A stretch of DNA of 64,000 nucleotides from Macrostomum lignano. Its lineage: Eukaryota. Positions 50,048 through 59,599 of this stretch are shown piece after piece. Where the stretch lies: assembly GCA_002269645.1 (NCBI GenBank), contig NIVC01001457.1, positions 222,213 through 286,212 on the forward strand, in the 5' to 3' direction. The notes under the pieces are model-generated. The model had not been told where the DNA came from and searched no databases. It saw only the letters and a list, made by a program, of their open reading frames with translations. Both the position numbers and the translations under genes were made by a program. Position 1 is the stretch's first letter. Each line of letters starts with the position of its first letter.

Positions 50048-52142
50048 AAACTTAACCGATTATAAAGAAGCCACAAGGGGAAAACAGAAAGAAGGATTCT
50101 ACATAAAACACAAAGCATATACTCGTAGCATACTCTTAGAAAACAACATTTTGTCTATGGTTCAAAGTATCGCAATATTGGAGTTACAGCTCTGAGACCA
50201 AAAGTCTGAACTCTGACTAGGAGCCCCAACTTTATTCATACTGACCTTGAGCAGATGCTCCGACTCGGAGCAAAATCTCAGACCTGAGCAGTAGCTCAGT
50301 CTCAGCGTTTAAGCTTGAACTCGCAAGTTATTGCTCATTTTATTCATACGGCCTATTGGCACTGGTCGTGAAACGCGTGGTGGTGCACTTCTACCTGTTG
50401 AACGCATGGAGTTGGCTTTCAGATATCTCGCCAATCCAGCAGGCTTTCAGACTGGCGTAGCTCGTGAGTTTGGCATACTCCAGGCGACAGTTTCTAAAAC
50501 GGCATGGCAAGTTGTACAAGCTATCTACGGCGAAGCACAATCGTTCATTAAGTGGCCAACTGAGTCACCACAAACCTTCAAGAAGCCAAGCGGAGCTTCT
50601 TTGACAAGTACAAATACCCGTCTGCCATTGGAGTGATTGACTGCACACACGTGCAGATCGAGAAGCCTGCTGGTGTTATTGGCAATGAGTACGTGAACCG
50701 AAAAGGGTATGCCTCCATAAATGTGCAGGCCACAACGAACGAGAAGTGCATGTTTACTAGTATTGACGCGTCTTGGCCAGGGTCTGTTCACGATAATCGC
50801 ATTTTAAAAATTCAGACATCTACGCAGACCTGTCGAATAGAACAGGGATAGTGCTACTAGGAGACGAGGGCTACGGCATCACACCCTTCCTCATGAAGCC
50901 ATTCCGGAATCCTGGAGCACCAGACGAAGTGTACTTCAACAAGCGACATTCAGAGGCACGAGTCGTAATCGAGAATACATTTGGGCAATTAAAACGACGT
51001 TTCCGATCCTCAAATACATGTGCCGTGTCCGGTTGGAAAGAGTTCCGACATTTATTGTCGCCTGCTGTGTCCTACACAACATTGCGAAGGAGTTCAACAA
51101 TGATGCCGTTGACGATGAAGCCATTGAGGAGGAGATGGAAGAGCCCCTCGCACCACCGTTTGACGTGAACAATGCCAGTGAGGCCGCGAAAAGAGCGGCC
51201 GGAGTCCAGCGCCGGAACGCTATCGCCGACATCATGTTCAGGTATTGGGCCATGAAAAACTGCGTCGCGATCCGTACTGACTTACCTCATGCTGCTCACG
51301 TTTGCTGTTTTTTTCATATTTGTCAACGTATGTTTAAAGCTTCCCAACAAGGTAAACTAATTGTAAGGTATAGCAATCTGACCCTAACCTAGCTAATAAT
51401 ATTAACGTTGTTCAGGTACTTTACCACGTACATGATTGCCTTCACGATAGCACAATTCTACCGCAAGTTCAAGTGGCACCGAAACTCTCGTAATGTTGCA
51501 GGATTACAGCTAGGGCACGAAAAACCATTAAATGACAGTCAATCGTTCGCTTGCCATAGTTAGAATGAATGGAATACCAATTCTGCTATCTGCTAACTTT
51601 AGCTAACTGTATAACTGCATGGCTGACTGATATAATATCTGAGTTACTCCTAAAACTCAACTGCTTTGGGCAACTGCCAACTGGCCAGGGACTGGCCTTT
51701 GATTTCTTAACCTTAACATCTGAACTAGCAGAAATGAGGATTAGCACTTGATTGAAAAAAAAATTCAAGAAAAAAAGGTTTACATAAAACGGAGGAAGAC
51801 AGGTAACAAAATTCTCCATAGTTTGGCGGCACAATACAGCGGCAGAATTCCGCACGTCAGCGCAACGTCAGCATACCGCGATCATTGAACTATCAAAGCC
51901 GTGTACCAAAAGTACGCTTTCTTAGTAAAATTTGACAGGTTTGGCATGGGTTCGGAGGGCAGAGTCAATCATTTTCACGAGTAACCAAAGAAAATTCTTC
52001 TTTAAAATTTCATGAATCGACTAGATTATTTTACTCGTAACGTTCTAATCAATGCATTTAAACAGTCTATGATTTTTAAATTAAAAAATTTAAGTTTTGG
52101 TCAAAACGAGTAAGTTCAACCGTATTTTCAAGAATTCAGAAT

Positions 52143-53770
52143 TTTATTACAGGAAATAGCTGCATGTGTTGCAATTTTACCGGGCAGCTACAACATCCGG
52201 CACGACCAACTGTGCATGATTAATTACCGCTCCAGTTTGAAGACGCTGGCATTAAACTTTTATTGCAAAAATCACCGAAATACTTCCTAGCTGTCGAATT
52301 CAATATAAAAGCAAGCGTGTATCGTGATTATAGGCTAAATAGTTTCAAAAGCAGTTAAAGCTCTGAAAAACTGATTGAGCAATGAACTTTAGTTTGAAAT
52401 TTCGAACTCGAGTCGTCATGCTGCTGCTTGTGGCAGCCACAGGCGTTAGTGGCGGCAGCATCTGCTTCCCACATTACGGCACAGAGGTCGTTCCGGGCTA
52501 CGAAGAAGCGCTGATCCGGGGCTTCATGAACGATTTAGGAATGAGCCCAGATGAGCCTCTCATTGCTATGGACTACAAGGAACTCGTAACCCAAATGAAT
52601 ATGATGTACTGCTTGGGCGATATGGTCAAACACGACTGGGGCGACGCCGACAAGCGCGAGGTGATGCAGTGTTCCCTCTGCCCAATATTTGCACCGATGT
52701 ATTCAGCATGCAACAATCCTGACGTTTCGAGATGCTATAATACTTGGTAATCACTGCTCATGTATTGTCTGTTGTACGTAACCACTGAAACCCAATGGCT
52801 ATGCATATTCACTCAGAATCTGGGATTTTGATTAAAATACACTTTGTCTACTGAAATAACAACGGTTTCAGTCAAACTTCAAACATCTGTTATTCCATAA
52901 AAAATTGTAATAAAGTTTTTTAACCGTGTGTCATTAAAACAGAGTGAATATGACTTTGCCTGTTCATCAAATGCACCGTCACAATCTTAAGGCTTGAGGT
53001 GATGACTGACGGGACTTTCTGAAGATGCGACATTTATAGATTTTAAGAAACGACGCAAATTAGTAATAAGTACTTTCTTACTATAATTCTTCTTTGTTCG
53101 TAGGGTTAAAGCAACGTGGTGGATAAAACATGAGCTGACCAATAAGAAAAAAAAACTAATTAAATCGACATGGAAACCCCCACTTACCTTCAATAAACGA
53201 AACAATAACTCTGTTATTCGTCTGAAACAGAAGCAGGAAGTCGGCGCCAGGCTGATTTTTTGCGAGTAGAATCAGGAGCAGATTTTTCCTGCGGAGATAA
53301 ATTTCGCACTTGTCACTAACGACTCTCCAATTGTTAGTCGTTGGTGAGTAGTAGTCGTTCATCAGAAAAACGGCACAGTTATTTTTTGGACGAAATATTC
53401 TGTGTCTTTTTTAAAACCTCGATAGTCGTATCCTGCTCAATTCTATACTCAAGGCTTGTCTCGTGAAAGGTATTCAGAGCTGTAAGACGTGGGAATATGT
53501 CGGCCACGTGGATGTACTTATAAAGTCTGCCTTCCTGCAGGATCTTAAAATGAGCCACAGACTCGTCCTATAATAATGAAGAAGAATTTCCTCGAATTGA
53601 TGCCCCGACGTGCGCAAGCGCTTCGCGGTAGAACACAGTTCTGACGTCGTGTCAGAAGGAATTCAAGCGTCTTCAAACAGGAGCGGTAATTAATCATGCG
53701 CAGTTGGTCGTGCCGGATGTTGTAGCTGACCGGTAAAATTGCAACACCTGCAGCTATTGCCTGTAATAAA
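52143..53770. repeat. 105-bp inverted repeat pair (52143-52247 and 53666-53770)
   Basis: Five mismatches counted over 105 bp; no TSD seen. Confidence 0.9.
52382..52750 (+). CDS. Orphan 122-aa secreted cysteine-rich protein (prepropeptide-like)
   Basis: ATG start; basic n-region plus hydrophobic h-region (VVMLLLVAATGVSG); six Cys; a KR site at residues 91-92; GC-rich coding-like composition against AT-rich flanks; AATAAA about 160 bp downstream. Confidence 0.65.
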   Translation: MNFSLKFRTRVVMLLLVAATGVSGGSICFPHYGTEVVPGYEEALIRGFMNDLGMSPDEPLIAMDYKELVTQMNMMYCLGDMVKHDWGDADKREVMQCSLCPIFAPMYSACNNPDVSRCYNTW

Positions 53771-54291
53771 GACTGAAATCCGTCAACCATCACTGCTTTA
53801 ATCAAGTCATAGAGGTGGCGAGTCTTTGCAATCCAGAGCAAAACTTTTAAGAGTAAAATTATCGTGAGATTATCCTGATAGCTTAACCGTTTAGAATCGG
53901 GCGAATTCGATAGATTAAGTGAAGCCTTTGTTGCCTGCTCGACCGCCACTGAATCTTCGCATTGTTTCAGTGAGTCCACATAGTCACACAAGTCTTTTCT
54001 ACATCCAGGATTCGTTATTGAGGTTGCTGTGACAAGTATCTGTCGAATTTGTGCGTCATCTAATATTCCTAAAAGGTTCTGTCTTTCAAGAATTCTTATG
54101 ATGTACTCGCGGATACAGCCTGAGTTGGAGGGACCCAGAAGTGGCACTGACAAAAAGTAAACTGGTGTAAACTGATCTATTGGAAGCAGTCTCAACGGAA
54201 ACCATTTTTTACTTTCGTCTCGATTAGGAATACAAACACGCGAATCGACAACGCACGTCACATGAAGACGAGAAGTTAAAAGGACCATCAT
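53545..54291 (-). other. 248-codon open frame of unknown origin, probably part of a longer decayed coding region
   Basis: Non-repetitive stop-free frame that is long for chance; it abuts the mariner insertion. No recognisable domain. Confidence 0.4.
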
Positions 54292-54334
54292 TGCCTTCAG
54301 TGACTGCCGGATTATAGAATGGAAATATGGAATA

Positions 54335-56120
54335 TGGAGGGGCGTCCGGAAAGTAGTGTTACTTTTGCTTGGTGTGGACGTATGGACAGTTACACTTGCA
54401 TGTGCTTGGTGTCATTTGAAAGCGGCAAGTCTCTTCTTTAAAATGACACCAATTGCAAGAGATTTGAATCTGTGCTTCAAGAGATATGGACGATTAAGTA
54501 GAGAAAGGTCAGTCATAGACTTACAGAACCTCAAAAATGTCAATAGAAAACTTTTATCACGAGCGTAATTACTCCAGAAAAAACAAAAAACACAACAGTA
54601 CAGTACAGAAGCAGGTGAAACAGATAACAAGCAAATTATCACACAAGCGAACAACATTAAAATCATTCATCGGTTGGCAGACTTGCCTTCTCAACGTAGT
54701 CACCATGAGACATGATGCACTTCTCCCATCGGTCTCGCATCTTGTCGATGGCGTTTGCATAAACATTTCTTGGTATCTGGTGCAGCAAGATCCTCCTGAC
54801 CTCACTCTCCAAGTGATCACGACTGTTCTGAACTCGCCCTCGAAGCTGACGCTTTAACTCAGGGAACAAGGCGAAGTCCGCAGGTGCCAGGTCAGGAGAA
54901 TATGGAGGGTGAGGAAGCAACTCAAAGTTCAGTTGGTCGATTGCTTGCATGGTCTTTGCAGCAGTATGCGGCCTCGCATTGTCGTGGTGGAGGATATGGG
55001 GTCTTTCTTTCCCCCGTCTTTTGTTGCAGATGTCTGACTTCAGTTTTGTCAGGGAGGTCACATACCGATCAGCATTGATGGTCGAGTTTGGCTCCAGGAA
55101 CTCGATGGTCAGTGGGCCATTGCAATCAAAAAGAGAGTCAGCATGACTTTGTTGCTGTGCCGGTCTCGGCGAGCTTTCGTTGGTGGATCAGATCCCTGAC
55201 GGTCCAAACCATTGACTCCTGCTTCGTTGGAGGGTCGAAGTATGGCACCCATGTCTCGTCACCAGTTACAATCAGCTCTCGAAAGGCTTCCCATCCTCCA
55301 TGTTGATTGACCAGCTCCAGGTTGTTCACACATTTCTGCTTGCGATCCAGCTTCATGACCTCAGTGAGCAATCGTGGTACCCAACGGGCACTCAGTTTGA
55401 CGTGATTCATCTTCTGCAGGCACTCGTGAACTGTGGACTTCGGGCAATCCAATCGATCGGCCATTTCGCGAATGCTCTGGCGGCAGTCTTCATCAATCAA
55501 GTCGAGAATGCGATCCGTCAGGCTGCTGCTGTCGCGAATTGCAGGGCGTCCGGACCTTGGCATGTCGCTCACGTCAGTTCTTCCAGCCTGAAACTCACCC
55601 ACCCACCTGCTTACTGTCATCTTGCTGACAGCATGGTCGCCATGAGCTGTGCAAAGTTGCCTGTGGATGTCAGCCGATTTGGTTCCGGAGCTCCAGAGTG
55701 TAAAGATGGCATGTCGCTGCCCAGTCTTTGAATGCACATCCATTTGCAGTTCACAACTGAAAATTGAATGTCAATAAACTTTGCAGGCGCAGCAGAAGCA
55801 GTTTTACAAGTCTCGTAGTTTTATGAGACAGCCCCTCTCGTTCACTGCATCACATTTGGCCATAGACAGCCCATGATTACGAAAAAATCGATAAACTCGT
55901 AAAAGTTTTCTGTTGACATTTTTGAGGTTCTGTAAGTCTATGACTGACCTTTCTCTACTTAATCGTCCATATCTCTTGAAGCACAGATTCAAATCTCTTG
56001 CAATTGGTGTCATTTTAAAGAAGAGACTTGCCGCTTTCAAATGACACCAAGCAAATGCAAGTGTGACTGTCCATACGTCCACACCAAGCAAAAGTAACAC
56101 TACTTTCCGGACGCCCCTCG
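54335..56120 (-). mobile_element. Mariner (DD34D) element with ~225-bp terminal inverted repeats, TA-flanked
   Basis: Ends (C/G)GAGGGGCGTCCGGAAAGTAGTGTTACTTTT; the inverted repeats span about 54335-54562 and 55896-56120. Confidence 0.9.
54663..55743 (-). CDS. Mariner transposase with two single-base frameshifts in homopolymer runs (~55195 and ~55130)
   Basis: WVPRLLT, IVTGDETWVPYFDP, HHDNARPH and PYSPDLAPADF; 34 residues lie between the second and third Asp. Confidence 0.9.
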
Positions 56121-57029
56121 TATATGGATTATAGATTGTATCGTCCGATTCGAATGGAAATATTGTGCGCTTTTGCTTATTCTCCGCTTCATTCTCTTCT
56201 GGGAAGATGGCATGGTGCAAAGTGCTGGGTTGGCTGTCGGCCCCAGAACTCGTTATATAGCTTTTTGGTTTCGTCGGGAGTTCCAAGCGAGTTTCGCCGG
56301 GCCGCCTCTAGCTGATTTCTAGAGGCCGGGTCTTCCATAATGAAGATGCAACAAGAATTCTCAGCACTATCGCACCTTTCCAGCAACAATGTAGAGACAG
56401 CTTTTTTGACATTTGACTTAGACAGTTATCAAATTCAATACCGGATTGAAAAAACGACTCAAATACGTTTGCGACTTCTATAATCGTGAAAAGAATGGCT
56501 TCAGTATACAGCAGGCAGTAATGAAGGCAGCCAATTGAATCTCCGAGTCGCGATGGAGCGAATTAGAAGTGAAATGCTGACTGATTTCTTTAAAGTCACT
56601 TTCAGAGTAGGCGGTGCGAATCGCAATATACTTGTCAAAATCAACGTTGGATTTCTTAAGAGCGTCTTTAAGATTGCTATATAATTTTCTACTTTGTCGC
56701 AGCAATCAGCAATAAAGCCCATTGCTGTGGATTTTCCAGAATTAGAGGAGGAGAGGAGATTCTTAGTGTCTTTTTGACGTATTGTAGACATAAATTGGGC
56801 AAAATACATTGCATTCAGCCCTGGAAGGTCAGAAACCCGCTGTAAATGACTGTAAATGGAATGAAAGCAATAAATTAAATAAATAATGTCCATAGAGAAG
56901 TCTCACTTGGCTTGAAAAAGGCAATACTGTCTGTGTATCACAAATTTGGCACATATAGGTCCTAGGCACAAAGCTGCCTTGTACTCAGAACTCTTTATTT
57001 ATACTCAGAATAAAATTGGCAGTGGTTAT

Positions 57030-57356
57030 TGTTGTGTCGTGTAACCTGACAGACCAACTTAATGATAGATAATATTTTACGCTAATATTTCTTCTATAAC
57101 GTAAATGCTACCTATATTATTATTATTGTCTATTACTTATACTGCCACTTTAAGTAGAGTAGTTGGTATATTATCTGTATAATGTATTATTAATCACGTG
57201 ATATCTCTAGCTCTTGTATTTATCGATCGTGCAGTTTCTCTAGTGTACTTAAAATATCGATTATCTAGTTTTTCTTAAATAACGAAAATATAAATAAAGC
57301 AACTGTACTTTACTTTTCAACTCAACTGGAAAACTTCAAGCCTTGGCTACACAACA
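57030..57356 (+). mobile_element. Gypsy-type 5' LTR (327 bp) followed by a primer-binding site
   Basis: TGTTGTGT...ACACAACA termini, internal AATAAA near 57292, and PBS TGGCGACGAGGAT at 57359-57371. Confidence 0.85.
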
Positions 57357-57379
57357 ACTGGCGACGAGGATCGACTAAG

Positions 57380-57915
57380 ATGGCTCTCAACGTTAGCCCA
57401 CCTGCACCATTTCTGCCAGTAAGCAAACACCGGCGGTCCCATGGAACAGATGGCTTGACGCATTCGACTTCTACTGTCAAGCAGCCCAAATCTGGACACC
57501 CCGACCGGCAGGCGAAGAAGCCCTGACAGATGAGGCTAGGCGACTGGCGACGGTGTGCAAGAACCATCTACTGCACCTTCTCGGCTTCGAGGGGCAGCGG
57601 ATGGCAAGGGCCCAAAATGCGATTGTCGACGGTCATACCTTCTGGCAAACCCGCGATCAGCTGACGGCGGTATTTGGCGACCGACCAAATGTGATGCTGG
57701 CGCGTCATCGATTCAGGGAGCGACAGAAGCTGCCGGGCGAAGAAGCAGTCTCAACGGAAACCATTTTTACTTTCGTCTCGATTAGGAATACGAACACGCG
57801 AATTGACAACCAACGTCACATGGAGACGAGACGAAATGCGATTGTCGACGGTCATACCTTCTGGCAAACCCGCGATCAGCTGACGATGGTATTTGGCGAC
57901 CGACCAAATGTGATG
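57380..57915 (+). pseudogene. Truncated and rearranged Gypsy (Mag-like) gag N-terminus
   Basis: MALNVSPPAPFL..PAVPWNRWLDAFDFYCQAA...LLHLLGFEGQR; an 82-bp internal duplication surrounds a foreign 90-bp insert. Confidence 0.75.
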
Positions 57916-59599
57916 TGGTCGGGCATAAACGATCAAGACATGTCCGCTCGTTACGGCCCATCTTAACCCAAACGACTTTCGGTGCGGTGGGCATTGCAAC
58001 ATAGTGTCTTCCATTTTTATTACTTCGTTAGGCTCTATGGGCCCAAAGGCCAGTACTTCCTGCTAGGTAGGCGTTGCTGGAAAACAAGAAATGAACGATA
58101 TCGTCCAAGTTGACACTTCTTTCTTTTCGTCTTCGCAACCGTTACTAGTCTCCTTGGGCTGCGAGTCCGAGATTTCTGGGCTCTTAGAGCGCTTGTATTT
58201 TTGCAAAACAAGGCCATTTTAATGGGTTGCCGAGGTCACTTCTTTGCAATTTGACCCTTTGATAGTTAAATACATTAACACCTTTTCCCTTTCAGTTTTT
58301 AACTACCTGCAACCAATTTTAATCTTCTAATATCCGATTCTGACACCTTTTGGTTGCGAAAACTTTGATTTTCAACCAGTTTCGACAAACTGCGAAACAG
58401 AACTGATAGTTGGCACACATTTCCAACAAACAGGTGATCAGTTCTAACAATTGCCAACCAATTCCGTCAAGTAGGGTAGAAAGAGCCTCCGCAAAATCGT
58501 TTTTCTGGTTGAAAATTCCATTCCACAAATTCAATTCTGACATTTTCAAAAACTTCGCTAAACTCTACTGGCTGGTCTCTTTTATGTTTTTTGTTTGAAA
58601 TATGAGGTAGAATTTAGAGCTGCTGCGCAGACTCGCGCCTTTGTATTTACAGTCAGCAACATCGAAAAGTCGCTATCACAGAGTATTCCGTCTGTGGTCA
58701 CCACCTTTGAGAGTGCAGATAAAGTCTCTCAATGTTTGCGAGTGACGCAACTTACCTACGCCGCGGCAGACTTGAGTTGAGGAATGAAGTGGGGGGAGCG
58801 GTGTGCGAGGGTTGGACGGATTAAAGCTGCCCCGATCAGTTTTCTTGTATCTTTTTTTCAGAATAGTCCAAGAGAAATTGCTCCCTGCGCATGGAGCGGC
58901 GACTTTTCAATGTTGCTATGCTGAGTATATGGCTAAAAATAGAAATAACAATTATTAATTCGCCTAAGATTCGCACCTTACAGAACCTCCATTGTCTGTT
59001 ACCAAACTCTTGAATAGATCGGTGTTGAAAGTGTATATCGGCATGTGGCTATTTTCGTCAACGCGCTATGTTGTTAATGCGCTGCACATCTTTCCACTTT
59101 GAAAACGAGTCCGCCATCACAGGGAACTCAAGATTTTTAAATACTGCGATATCCACATAAAAAAATCTCTCGAAGTATCTCTTATACTCAGACTAAAATG
59201 AGGGACAAGCATTTGTGCGCTTTCTAGCATGAAGCTGGCACTGAACACAGCGCTGTACAAAAGCGTTGATCTGCGTATCAATTTCTGGCCACCAGAAGTA
59301 CTTTCTTGCTAACCCAAGCAACTACTGGATAATCTTCATGAAACATCTTCAGAATCTCGGTCCTTAAACTGGAAGCTGATACCATGCGAAAACCTTAAAA
59401 ATGATTCCATTCTGATTGGAGTACTCAGTCTTTCTATGTTAATACTGTTCTGTCTAAAGACGGAGCCGGATACTTTTGGTGATCCTTTGTAAAGATGTGT
59501 GGTTATTTTTTGAGGCAGTAGAGCGCTCTTTTCGTTTGAGCTTTTCTTGCCCTCTGCTCGAGCTACATAAAAAATAAAGAGCTCGTGACGTTGAGTCAC

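Larger units (their letters stand above)
47605..50354. mobile_element. PIF/Harbinger transposon D, complete (2750 bp), ATT TSD
   Basis: TIRs AGGCCGTATGAATAAAATGAGCAA at both ends; ATT at 47602-47604 and 50355-50357; transposase (+) and Myb (-) genes converge. Confidence 0.95.
47458..51253 (+). pseudogene. Harbinger transposase C, split by element D (47458-47604 joined to 50358-~51253), with extra frameshifts
   Basis: Removing D and one ATT restores the frame: YRRLFRFHRNSVEALAERFI|GTGRETRGGALLPVERMELAFRYLANP. Downstream are IDCTHVQI, WPGSVHDN, LGDEGYG and ARVVIENTFGQLKRR. Confidence 0.9.

Noticed and set aside
56725-56760. Walker A motif (SSSNSGKST) as proof of a helicase or viral ATPase
   Set aside because: It lacks the first Gly and a correctly spaced Walker B; kept only as a hint in the decayed-ORF finding.
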